Positions 55,407 to 64,000 of a stretch of DNA of 64,000 bases are shown piece by piece; positions within the stretch are counted from its first letter, which is position 1; each line of letters begins with the position of its first letter. The stretch covers positions 224,001-288,000 of the forward strand of contig CAWFJJ010000024.1 of assembly GCA_963816185.1 (NCBI GenBank), read 5' to 3'. The translations under genes were made by a program, and so were the position numbers. This DNA is from Thermoanaerobaculia bacterium. Its GTDB lineage: Bacteria; Acidobacteriota; Thermoanaerobaculia; UBA5066. The notes beneath the pieces were generated by a model. That model was not told the DNA's origin and searched no databases. It saw only the letters and a program-made list of their open reading frames with translations.

Positions 55407-56429
55407 GTGGCCGACGTCGCGCCGGAAGGCGATCTCCTCACCCAGATCGAGCGAGGCGATGCCTCGCGCCAGATCCTCGAATTCGCCGCCCGGGGAATGG
55501 TCCCTCTGCCGCCCGACGAGCTCGTCCGGGCCGTTGCGAGCATCCTGGCGTCCGGGGATAAGGTCCTCGCGCCGATCGCCGAGGAGTCCTTCAAGGCGTT
55601 CGACACAGGTTCCCTGAAGGAGGCCGTGCTGAGCGCGGGGGTGAGGCCCGAGCAGCTCGCCGTCGTGGCGAGACGGACGCACGAAGCGTTGGTGCTCGAG
55701 CCCCTCATCCGGCACAAGGCGGTCCCGGACGAGACCCTCGCGTGGCTCGCCGAGCGCGTCGAAGCACCGCTCCAGGACATCCTCGTCACCAACCAGACGC
55801 GGCTCATTGCGGCCCCGGTCATCGTCGAGCGTCTCTTCGAGAACCCGAAACTCTCGCCCGAGATCCGGCGCCGGGCGGACGAATTCCTCGAGGAGTTCTT
55901 CCTCAAGAAAGAGCGCGAGAGGGACGAAGGCAAGGATCTCGAAGAGGCGATCGAGGAGGCGCCCTCCGCCGTGGCTCCGGACGTGGCCGTGGATGAGGCG
56001 GGGCTCAGCGAGGACCAGAAAAGGAGCCTCTTCGCCCGGGTCTCGACGATGTCCGTGGTCGACAGAATCCGCCTCGCTTACCGCGGCAACAAGGAGGAGC
56101 GGATGTTCCTCGTGCAGGACCGCAACCGTCTCGTCTCCTCCGCGGTGCTGAAGTCGCCGAAAACGCGGGATGCGGATGCCGAGACGATCGCCAACATGAA
56201 GAGCGTCTCGGAGGACGTCCTTCGGACGATCACGTTCCGGCGGGACTGGATGCGCCACTACGGAATCATGAGGGCCATCGTGAGGAATCCACGCTCGCCG
56301 ATCGACATCACCCTTTCGCTCGTCATGCGCCTCAGCGCCAAGGATCAGAAGACCCTCGCCGGCGACCGGAACGTGCCCGATGCGGTCCGGTCCACCGCGC
56401 GGCGAGAGGTTGCCCGCAAGGAGTCGTGA
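55407..56429 (+). CDS. Conserved hypothetical alpha-helical repeat protein
   Basis: RIRLAYRGNKEERMFLVQDRNRLVSSAVLKSPK, AIVRNPRSP; strong coding bias. Confidence 0.8.
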   Translation: MADVAPEGDLLTQIERGDASRQILEFAARGMVPLPPDELVRAVASILASGDKVLAPIAEESFKAFDTGSLKEAVLSAGVRPEQLAVVARRTHEALVLEPLIRHKAVPDETLAWLAERVEAPLQDILVTNQTRLIAAPVIVERLFENPKLSPEIRRRADEFLEEFFLKKERERDEGKDLEEAIEEAPSAVAPDVAVDEAGLSEDQKRSLFARVSTMSVVDRIRLAYRGNKEERMFLVQDRNRLVSSAVLKSPKTRDADAETIANMKSVSEDVLRTITFRRDWMRHYGIMRAIVRNPRSPIDITLSLVMRLSAKDQKTLAGDRNVPDAVRSTARREVARKES

Positions 56430-56528
56430 GCCCGCGCACGGTCGGTTGGAATTTCGGCCCCCCGGTGTGAGAATCTGACCCGTGCCGACAACCCGGGTCG
56501 TGCGGGCAGGGCGCCCTGCGAGGTCCTT

Positions 56529-57185
56529 TTGACGAATTATTACGACGTGCTCGGAGTTCATCGCGACGCTTCCGAATCGGAAGTCCGCGAGAAGTTCCGC
56601 CTCCTCGCCCGCGAGTACCATCCCGACCGGTTTCGCGACGCCGGCGAGAAGAAGTCGGCGGAAGAGCGCTTCCAGGTCCTGACAGAGGCGATGAACGTTC
56701 TCACGAACCCAATGCGGCGTAAGGCCCACGACCTCGAGCTCGAGAAGAACCGGCCCATCTCCCAGGACCCTGCTGCGCAGGCGCGCGTCTACCTTGCCAA
56801 GGGCGTCAAGGCATACCGGGAGGGAAACTTCCCCGAGGCCATCACTCAGTTCGACCTGTCCGTGAAGCACTACGACAAGGACGCCAAGGCTCAGCATTAC
56901 CTCGCGCTCGCTTGCATGAAGGTGATCGGCCAGGTGCGCAGGGGCGTGGACGCCATCGAGGCCGCGATCCGGCTCGACGCCAACAATGCCCTGTTCCACC
57001 GCGATGCCGGAAAACTGTACATGCAGGCTGGCCTGAACTCGAAAGCCGAGCGCCACCTCGAGGAGGCTCTCGCGTGGATTCCCGAGGACGCCGAGACCCT
57101 GAAGCTGCTTCAGGAGGTGCGCCCGAAGAAGGGGCTCAGCGGAGAACGCAAGACCCCGAGCGGTATCTTCGGGCGGAAGGGATAA
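56529..57185 (+). CDS. J-domain (DnaJ) protein with TPR repeats
   Basis: YYDVLGV, YHPDRF, then TPR-like helices; AGGT before TTG. Confidence 0.88.
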   Translation: MTNYYDVLGVHRDASESEVREKFRLLAREYHPDRFRDAGEKKSAEERFQVLTEAMNVLTNPMRRKAHDLELEKNRPISQDPAAQARVYLAKGVKAYREGNFPEAITQFDLSVKHYDKDAKAQHYLALACMKVIGQVRRGVDAIEAAIRLDANNALFHRDAGKLYMQAGLNSKAERHLEEALAWIPEDAETLKLLQEVRPKKGLSGERKTPSGIFGRKG

Positions 57186-57192
57186 TCGCGGC

Positions 57193-58092
57193 GTGAGCGT
57201 CTCAGCATACGGACTCACCGATGTCGGACGGAAGAGACGTCACAACGAGGATGCCTACCTCCTCGACGCCGAACGCGGCCTTTTCGTGGTCGCGGACGGC
57301 ATGGGCGGACACGCCGCGGGTGAAGTTGCCTCGCGGATCACCGTCGAATCGATTCAGGAGTACATCGCCGCCACCGAGGAGGAGCACGAGAGCTCGTGGC
57401 CCTTCGGCTTCAACAGCCGGGTCTCGCTCGAAGGAAACCGTCTCACGACGGCCGTCGAGAAGGCGAACGAGAAGGTCATGCGGGCGGTGCAGAACAGGCC
57501 CGAGCTGAAAGGCATGGGCACGACCGTCGTCGCGGCTCTCTTCGACGCCGACCGCGCGACGCTCGTGCACGTGGGCGACAGCCGCGCCTACCTCTTTCGC
57601 GATGGAGAGCTTCGGCGTCTCACGGACGACCACTCGTGGGTTCAGGAACAGGTCAACGCCGGCATCCTCAGCGAGGACGAAGCCAAGAGCCACCCCCTCA
57701 AGAACGTCGTGACGCGCGCGCTCGGCGGCGCGACGCACGTTTCCGTCGACCTCATCGAGGTTCCGGTGCGTTCGGGCGACCGCTTCCTCCTGTGCTCCGA
57801 CGGCCTGACAGGCATGGTCCCCGACGAGGATCTCTTCGCCCGCTTCAAGTCCGAAGACGGACTCGAAAAGACCGTACGACAGCTCATCGACGTTGCGAAT
57901 GACCGCGGCGGCGTGGACAACATAACGGCAATCCTCGTCGAGGTCGCGGGAGATCCGGCGGCCAAGGACGGAGGCCGCGCCGGCAGCGAGGCGATCCGGC
58001 GACAGATCGTGACCTCGGGCGAGAGCACGGCGGTCAACGCCGAGGCTCCGGGAACCCCCTCACCCGACTCCGACTCCAAACCCCAGAGCTGA
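57193..58092 (+). CDS. PP2C-family Ser/Thr protein phosphatase (Stp1-like)
   Basis: TDVGRKR.HNED, VADGMGGH, GMGTT, HVGDSRAY, LCSDGL, GGVDNIT. Confidence 0.95.
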   Translation: MSVSAYGLTDVGRKRRHNEDAYLLDAERGLFVVADGMGGHAAGEVASRITVESIQEYIAATEEEHESSWPFGFNSRVSLEGNRLTTAVEKANEKVMRAVQNRPELKGMGTTVVAALFDADRATLVHVGDSRAYLFRDGELRRLTDDHSWVQEQVNAGILSEDEAKSHPLKNVVTRALGGATHVSVDLIEVPVRSGDRFLLCSDGLTGMVPDEDLFARFKSEDGLEKTVRQLIDVANDRGGVDNITAILVEVAGDPAAKDGGRAGSEAIRRQIVTSGESTAVNAEAPGTPSPDSDSKPQS

Positions 58093-59546
58093 TGCGGGGA
58101 GCGGCACGTCTCGGTGCGGTCCTTTTCCTGTCTTCTGTCACGCTGCTTCCCTGCGTTCCGGCGACCTCGAGCGTCCTGGAGGAGGCGTCGGACGCCGCGG
58201 CTGCGCGGCGGCGCACGGAGATCCTCCGCTCGCCTTACACCCGCCCCGTCGAGCGCCGCGTGCTGCGGGGCGGAGAGCTGCTCGTGAGCTTCGACGCAGG
58301 GGTCCCTGCTGTGCTTCGCGACGAGCTGTCCCTCGATCTCAACGCGTTCGTCTCGACTCTCGTGGATCGGGACGGCTGGCCGCGCCCGCTCTCCGCCCGA
58401 TCGCCCCTGCTCGTCCTGTTCACGGCGGGACCGGGCGTCACGGCCGCGGGCTGGGACGGCCGGGATCGCAACGGTACGCTGCGCTCGCCGGTCATCCTCG
58501 TCGCCTCCGCGACACGCGCGAATGGCGCCGCGCTCGCCGACGCGGCCGCCCAGGTTGCCCTCCTGTCGCTGCGGCAGGCGGCTCCCGTCGAGCCGTCATG
58601 GGCCGTGGAGGGCGTCGCCGCCTGGCTTTGGCGCCGCGACCTCGGGCCCGACCTTTCTCGTGTCCCGACTTCCGATCCGCTCCTCGAGGAAGCCGGCGAC
58701 TTGACGACGCCGGACGTCCTCGCGGCCTTCCTCGTGGCTCTCGAGAGCCGCCTCCCGAAGGGTTCCCAGGACGTGCGTGAGGCCTGGGAGCAGGCGGGGG
58801 AGCGCGGAGACGACGCGGACGCTTTTCTTCGCGACCTGGCCAAGAGGAGCGGCTCCGCGAGCCTCGGCGCTCGCGTGGCCGAGATCGTCGCCTCGCATCT
58901 CGGTGCGTCCAGCAGGCGTCGAAGCGATTCGCCGGCGGTCGCCCGGAGAATCTGGCTCTCCGGAGACGTCGTTCCGGCGGCGCCCGCGCCGCTCGGCTGG
59001 AGGCGGGTCTCCCTGCGTACCGAGGACGAGCGGGCCGGGCTGGAAATCGCGCTCCCCGATGCGGGAATGCACGCAGCGAGGCTTCTTCTCTTCTACCGCG
59101 GGGACGCCGGCTTCGACTCCCTGCCGGTCCTTCCGGGTACCGCGCGCGTCGTCCCGGCCGCGGGGACCTCGAGCGTCGAGGTCGTGCTCGCCGACGGTGA
59201 CGGAGCTCCCGAGGCGCGCTTCCACGTGAGTCGCGTGCCGGACTATCCGGCGGCGCTTGCGAGCTCGCGGGCCGGCTGGACGAGCGGCGGCGTCGAGATC
59301 GCCTGGGAGACGTCCCGGCACGAGGATCTTCTCGGCTGGGTCGTGGAACGTCGCGACGAAACGGACGGCGACGCGGCCCTCGAACGCAGCACCCTTCCCG
59401 CAACGAAGTCCTCCGAGGGCGCGACGGGCTACGTCTGGCTCGACCGAGACGCGGCTCCGGGCCGTCGCTACCGCTACCGCGTCCTCGCGCTCACCGAAGA
59501 CGGCCTCCTCGGCGAGGCGTTCGAATCGTCGGTGGAGACGAGATAG
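58092..59546 (+). CDS. Secreted hypothetical protein with FN3-like C-terminus
   Basis: Signal peptide; C-terminal VEIAWET...GWVVER...Y.WLD....PGRRYRYRV. Confidence 0.7.
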   Translation: MRGAARLGAVLFLSSVTLLPCVPATSSVLEEASDAAAARRRTEILRSPYTRPVERRVLRGGELLVSFDAGVPAVLRDELSLDLNAFVSTLVDRDGWPRPLSARSPLLVLFTAGPGVTAAGWDGRDRNGTLRSPVILVASATRANGAALADAAAQVALLSLRQAAPVEPSWAVEGVAAWLWRRDLGPDLSRVPTSDPLLEEAGDLTTPDVLAAFLVALESRLPKGSQDVREAWEQAGERGDDADAFLRDLAKRSGSASLGARVAEIVASHLGASSRRRSDSPAVARRIWLSGDVVPAAPAPLGWRRVSLRTEDERAGLEIALPDAGMHAARLLLFYRGDAGFDSLPVLPGTARVVPAAGTSSVEVVLADGDGAPEARFHVSRVPDYPAALASSRAGWTSGGVEIAWETSRHEDLLGWVVERRDETDGDAALERSTLPATKSSEGATGYVWLDRDAAPGRRYRYRVLALTEDGLLGEAFESSVETR

Positions 59547-62013
59547 CGTCTTCTCGACTGCCGGAAACGGGCAGCTCTCCCCCTCTTACCCTTTCGAAGA
59601 AATCCTTGGTTCTTCCTCCCACGTCCAGACACGCGAGCTCGCCGGGCTCGTCGAGGTACCAGTCGGAGGGCAGGTAGCGGCTGTACGGGGCCTGCAGGAA
59701 GCGCCGGCAGGCGAGGACGACGACGCCCGTGTCGGTGCCCGAGCGAATGAGGCGCCCCGCGCTCTGCACGACGCGCGTCATGCCGGGGATGACGTACGCG
59801 TACTCGAAACCGCGCTCGAACCGCTCCTCGAAGTAGCGGCGCATGCGCTCCTGCTCGAAGCGGACCATGGGCAGACCGGGCGAGACGACGACGACGGCCT
59901 GAAGCATCTCGCCCGGGTAGTCGACGCCCTCGGCGAACGCGCCTCCCGATACGGCGAAGACGACGACGGGCGCTCCGCCGTCCTTCATCGCCGCGAGGAC
60001 GGAGTTCCGCTCCAGCTCGGTCGATCGATCGGACGGCCTGAGAACGCGGCGCCCGGCCAGCGCGGGCAGGTGGGCGCGCACCTCGTCGAGAAAGCGGTAC
60101 GACGGGAAGAGCGCCAGCATGTTGCCCGGGCACGCGCGCGCCACGTCCGCGACGAGGGCCGCGAGGCGCGGGGCGCCGCGCCCGCGCGCCGCGTACGTGG
60201 TATCCACGTCCGGCGCGACGAGGACGGAGCGGTTCTCGCGCGGAAAGGGCGAGGGAAGGCGGAGGACCGACGTGCGGTCGGGGTCGAGGCCGAGGAGATC
60301 GCGGTAGAACTCGGGCGGAGAGAGCGTGGCGGACATCGAGACCGTGGCGGCCGCCGCGTTCAGGGTCTCGCCGAGGAGCTTCGAGGGATCCTTGCAGAGG
60401 ATCGCGAGCCGCGCGCCGCCCCTGCCGCGCGCCGCGAGGACGTCGAAGGGCCCCTCGGACATGGCACGGCCTGGCGGGGGCACGAATTTTGACACGTCGT
60501 GAAACCGCGCAAACGAGAAGTAGAGGTCGAGAACGGGATCGTCGGGCACACGCTCGCCGCCGGCGCGCAGGTCCGCGAGGTGGCGCACGAGAAGGGACTC
60601 GAAGTCGAGGCGCAAGTCGTCGAGACGCGCATCGTCCAGGGCCACGAGATCGACGGGCTCGCTCTCGTCCTGGGGAAGGACGGCGGCCGCGTCCGCGACG
60701 AGCTTGCGCAGACGCCGCGCGGCCTCGCCCGCGTCCCAGGCCGTCTTCGCGTTCGAGACGCCGATGCGCTCCTCGAGCGATGCCAGGGAAGAGTCGGAGA
60801 GCTCGGGCGAGTAGTAGCCGCGTCCGCGGTCCACGAGGTTGTGAGCCTCGTCGACGAGGAGGATCGATTCGGAGAGCACGGAGGGGTCGCGCGCGCCTGC
60901 AAGCGCGACCACCGGGTCGAAGACGTAGTTGTAGTCGCCGAGAACGACGTCGGCCTGCTCGGCGAGCTCGAGGGAAACTTCGAAGGGGCAGACGGTCTCG
61001 TTGCGGGCGGCCTCGAAGACGGTGTCCGGGTCGAGGTGGCGGTGTCTCTCGAGGAGCCGGTCGAGGAGGCCCGAAGCCTCCATCTTGGCGCCGTAGTCCT
61101 TCGCGTACGGGCAGTGGTTCTCGTGGCACAGCACGACGTCGTTTGCGCACATGCGCTCTTTCGCGCGGAGCCTGACGGACCGAAAGGACTCGCCGTCGAT
61201 CGCGGCCAGGGTCTTTTCGTAGATCTCCTGCTGCGTCGTCTTCGCCGTGAGGACGAAGAGGCGGCGGTGCGACTCGAGAGCGCCGACGAGAAGGGGATGG
61301 AGTGCGGCGGCCGTCTTCCCGATGCCGGTCGGGGCCTCGACCAGGAGATGCTCGCCGTGTGCGACCGCACGCGCGACGGCGGAAGCCATCTCTCGCTGGC
61401 CGGTCCGGAAGCGCGCGTGCGGGAAGGCGAGCGTCGCGGCCTCGGCGGCTTTCGCCTCGGCAAGGGCCCGTTCCTCGAGGAACGCGTCCAGAAGCATCCG
61501 CGTACGGTCCACGAGGTCCTCGAGGGTCTTCTCAGGCTCATGCGACACGTCGAGGACCTTCGTCGCGCCCGTCTCGATGTCCGCGAGAATGAGGCGCCCG
61601 TGAACGGCGCGCCCTTCGGCAGCGGCGACGGCCTGCATGTACCAGCGAAGCTGGAGCCGAAAGCGCTCGAGGCGCGGGGATCCGGGAAGCTTCGCGAGAT
61701 CCTCGGCGAAATGGAGCGACTTGACCTCGTCCACGACGACCCGACCGCCCTCCTCGAAGCGGCCGTCGAGCCGCCCTTCGAGCACTGCGGTGAAGTCGTC
61801 CACCGCGTAGGAGAGCCGAATCGCTTTCTCGACCTCGTAGCCGGGCACGCTCGCGAGGCTCTCACCGAGCACGCGCCGGTGCACCGCCTGGCCGATCCAG
61901 AGTCGCTCGAAGCCCTCGCCCCGGTCGAAGCCGGCCCGTCGCGCGACGCCGCCGAGAAGGGTCCCGGGGGAAACCGCGATCGTCTTCGCCGCGAGGTCGA
62001 CCGTGAGCGCCAC
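59491..62013 (-). CDS. Fe-S DinG/XPD(Rad3)-family helicase with N-terminal PD-(D/E)XK nuclease-like domain
   Basis: LEGRLDG...VDEVKS; FRTGQ, EAPTGIGKT, Cys cluster CAND..C....CPY...CPFE, DYNYVFDP, VDEAHN, MSATL, QSAGRLIRS. Confidence 0.9.
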   Translation of the reverse strand: MALTVDLAAKTIAVSPGTLLGGVARRAGFDRGEGFERLWIGQAVHRRVLGESLASVPGYEVEKAIRLSYAVDDFTAVLEGRLDGRFEEGGRVVVDEVKSLHFAEDLAKLPGSPRLERFRLQLRWYMQAVAAAEGRAVHGRLILADIETGATKVLDVSHEPEKTLEDLVDRTRMLLDAFLEERALAEAKAAEAATLAFPHARFRTGQREMASAVARAVAHGEHLLVEAPTGIGKTAAALHPLLVGALESHRRLFVLTAKTTQQEIYEKTLAAIDGESFRSVRLRAKERMCANDVVLCHENHCPYAKDYGAKMEASGLLDRLLERHRHLDPDTVFEAARNETVCPFEVSLELAEQADVVLGDYNYVFDPVVALAGARDPSVLSESILLVDEAHNLVDRGRGYYSPELSDSSLASLEERIGVSNAKTAWDAGEAARRLRKLVADAAAVLPQDESEPVDLVALDDARLDDLRLDFESLLVRHLADLRAGGERVPDDPVLDLYFSFARFHDVSKFVPPPGRAMSEGPFDVLAARGRGGARLAILCKDPSKLLGETLNAAAATVSMSATLSPPEFYRDLLGLDPDRTSVLRLPSPFPRENRSVLVAPDVDTTYAARGRGAPRLAALVADVARACPGNMLALFPSYRFLDEVRAHLPALAGRRVLRPSDRSTELERNSVLAAMKDGGAPVVVFAVSGGAFAEGVDYPGEMLQAVVVVSPGLPMVRFEQERMRRYFEERFERGFEYAYVIPGMTRVVQSAGRLIRSGTDTGVVVLACRRFLQAPYSRYLPSDWYLDEPGELACLDVGGRTKDFFERVRGGELPVSGSREDAISSPPTIRTPRRGGRLR
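59580..59606. repeat. Single strong copy of the motif at the helicase 3' end
   Basis: CCCTCTTACCCTTTCGAAGAAATCC (core 59593), near-identical to the reverse complement of 50114-50138. Confidence 0.75.
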
Positions 62014-62074
62014 GGCCGATTGTAGGGCGGCTTCCCACTATCCCGGCGGGCGTTGTTCAGGTAAAATGTATTCG

Positions 62075-63559
62075 ATGTCTCGGGCTTCTCGGTATCTTGG
62101 CGGCGCGGTCGTCGCCGTTCTTCTCGCATGGGCTCCGGGCGCGCAGGCGGCGAAGAGGCCTGCGAAACCGGCGACGCTCGAGCAGCGCCTGAACGCGCTG
62201 CTCCGGAGGGGCCCGGCACGGCGCAGCGAGATCGGTGTCGTCGTCACGCGGCTCGGCGATCCGGCGCCCCTCGTCTCTCTCAACCCCGAGAAGCCGTTCG
62301 TCCTCGCATCCACGACGAAGCTCTTCACGACGGCCGCGGCGCTCGACCGCTTGGGTTCCGACTACAAGTTCCGGACGCGGCTGTACCGCGATGCCCAGGT
62401 CGGCGCGGACGGCGTCCTCCCGGGGCACCTCGTCGTGGTGGGCGGAGGCGACCCGGGGCTCTCCGGCCGCTGGTACGACGACGATCCGCTCGCGGTCTTC
62501 CGGCCCTGGGCGGCGTCGCTCGTGAACAAGGGGATCCGCTCCGTAAGGGACGGCCTTCTTCTCGACGTATCGTTCTTCGACGACGTGCAGTCGCATCCCG
62601 ACTGGCCGAGCGAGCAGGAGCAGCGGTGGTATCAGGCGCCGGTGTCGGCCCTCTCGTACAACGACAACGTCGTCTTCGTGCGGGCCTCGGGGGGCCTTCG
62701 GCCCGGCAGCCCGGCGCTGATGGGCTTCGACCCGCTGGGACCGCCGCTCCTGAACCTCATCTCGAGGGTCGTCACCGCCGCGCGCCGCACGTGGGTCGGG
62801 GTAAGCCGCGAAGCCGGCAGCCACACGGTCAGGGCTGCGGGGGCCGTCGGGAGGAACCGGACGTGGCTCGGCGACGTCACCGTGCCCGACCCGCCGCTCT
62901 ATTTTTCAGCTGCACTCTCGCAGGTCCTCCGCGAGAGCGGGATCCGCGTCGACGCTCCGCCCACCGTGCAGACCGAGCCCTCCGCCGTGCCGCCTCCCCT
63001 CGCGGGCCGCGTCCTCCTCCACACGCACGAGACGCCCCTCGTGTCCGCCATCGCCGTCTGCAACAAGCGCTCGCAGTCGTTCTTTGCCGAGCAGATCCTG
63101 AAGACGCTCGGTGCCGAGAAGCGCGGCCGCGGCACGTGGGAGACCGGAGAGGCCGAGGTGACCGCGTTCCTCGGGTCTCTCGGGCTCGACGCCTCGCGCT
63201 ATCGGCTCGTGGACGGATCAGGGCGTGCGCGCTCGAACCGCGCCTCCGCGGCGGCTTACGTCGACTTCCTTACGGCTCTCGCGACGCGCTGGCAGCACTT
63301 CGAGACCTGGAAGCCCACGCTCGCCGTCGCCGGTGATCCGGACGGTACGCTTCGCCATCGTCTGCTGGGCCCGGCCACGGCCGGGAAAGTGTGGGCGAAG
63401 ACGGGCTACGTCGACGGCGTCGTGACCCTGTGCGGGTACGTGCAGGCCCGGAGCGGTCAGACCTACGTCTTCAGCATCCTTCTGAACGGGGGGTGCGGCG
63501 ATGCGCGCGGGCACGCGTATCAGGATCGCTTCCTGAACGAGCTCGCGACGTTTGGTTAG
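62075..63559 (+). CDS. dacB: D-alanyl-D-alanine carboxypeptidase/endopeptidase (PBP4, peptidase S13)
   Basis: Signal peptide; ASTTK (SxxK), GGGDP, DGSG, AKTG. Confidence 0.9.
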   Translation: MSRASRYLGGAVVAVLLAWAPGAQAAKRPAKPATLEQRLNALLRRGPARRSEIGVVVTRLGDPAPLVSLNPEKPFVLASTTKLFTTAAALDRLGSDYKFRTRLYRDAQVGADGVLPGHLVVVGGGDPGLSGRWYDDDPLAVFRPWAASLVNKGIRSVRDGLLLDVSFFDDVQSHPDWPSEQEQRWYQAPVSALSYNDNVVFVRASGGLRPGSPALMGFDPLGPPLLNLISRVVTAARRTWVGVSREAGSHTVRAAGAVGRNRTWLGDVTVPDPPLYFSAALSQVLRESGIRVDAPPTVQTEPSAVPPPLAGRVLLHTHETPLVSAIAVCNKRSQSFFAEQILKTLGAEKRGRGTWETGEAEVTAFLGSLGLDASRYRLVDGSGRARSNRASAAAYVDFLTALATRWQHFETWKPTLAVAGDPDGTLRHRLLGPATAGKVWAKTGYVDGVVTLCGYVQARSGQTYVFSILLNGGCGDARGHAYQDRFLNELATFG

Positions 63560-64000
63560 GTGGACTATCGCCTGCTCCTGAAGAACGTCGAGAGGACGCT
63601 CGAGGCCATTGAAGGCGGCGAGGACGTCCTCGCGACGATCGTCCAGGTAGGCGAGGCGATCGTCCGGAATTTCCGGGACGAGCTGGGCATCCTGGGCGGA
63701 CGCCTCTACGTGCGCCACGAGAACCAGTACGTCCTCGAGCGGGGATTCGGCCGTTCGCGGCGCGTTCCCACCGGCATCACAGTTTCCGCCGACTACGGGC
63801 CGATCCGCCGGGCGGAGGAGGACGGCCTGGCGCTTGCCGACCTCGACGACCCGTCGGTGGACCGCGAGCTCGAAGCGCGCCTCGGCGTGTCGCGCTTCGC
63901 GGCGGTCTCCTTCGGCGGGGAGCGCTACCTCCTCTCGTTCGACGTCCATCCGAGGGCGCGCGCGGAGGATCTCCTCCTCGCCCTCGGGATCATCCGGACC
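63560..64000 (+). CDS. 3'-truncated protein with GAF-like N-terminus (possible signalling protein)
   Basis: GTG 63560 MDYRLLLKNVERTLEAIEGGEDVLATIVQVGEAIVRNFRDELGILGGRLY..., open to the window end. Confidence 0.7.
   Translation, partial: MDYRLLLKNVERTLEAIEGGEDVLATIVQVGEAIVRNFRDELGILGGRLYVRHENQYVLERGFGRSRRVPTGITVSADYGPIRRAEEDGLALADLDDPSVDRELEARLGVSRFAAVSFGGERYLLSFDVHPRARAEDLLLALGIIRT

Overview
This is a GC-rich bacterial chromosome segment, probably Acidobacteriota; that assignment is an inference from the RpoA N-terminus MLWKGFQ and the gene order. From left to right it holds: (1) the end of a respiratory module (NrfD-type membrane subunit, two tetraheme cytochromes c, a PAS kinase/sigma54 regulator pair and a convergent decaheme OmcA/MtrC-type cytochrome with a sigma54 promoter); (2) a squalene/phytoene synthase; (3) the complete str-S10-spc-alpha ribosomal protein cluster; (4) a response regulator, acpS, def and cysS; (5) an aroDE-his-trp superoperon with several gene fusions; and (6) RodZ-like, DnaJ-TPR, PP2C, nuclease-helicase and dacB genes. 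No tRNA, rRNA, CRISPR array or transposase was recognised. Three hidden signals stand out. First, a dispersed AT-rich ~25-bp motif (core GATTTCTT[A/C]GAA, reverse complement TTC[T/G]AAGAAATC) occurs as inverted pairs, mostly 65-91 bp apart. It lies inside coding sequences in all three reading frames and coincides with low-complexity peptide insertions. Second, an unannotated, apparently leaderless 13-aa His/Trp-rich leader peptide (MSSTSRHWHVHHS), followed by a terminator and an RBS-sequestering hairpin, precedes the aro-his-trp operon. Third, the exit-tunnel loops of uL22 and uL4 are strongly remodelled. Several +1 frameshifts in conserved genes look like sequencing or assembly errors.
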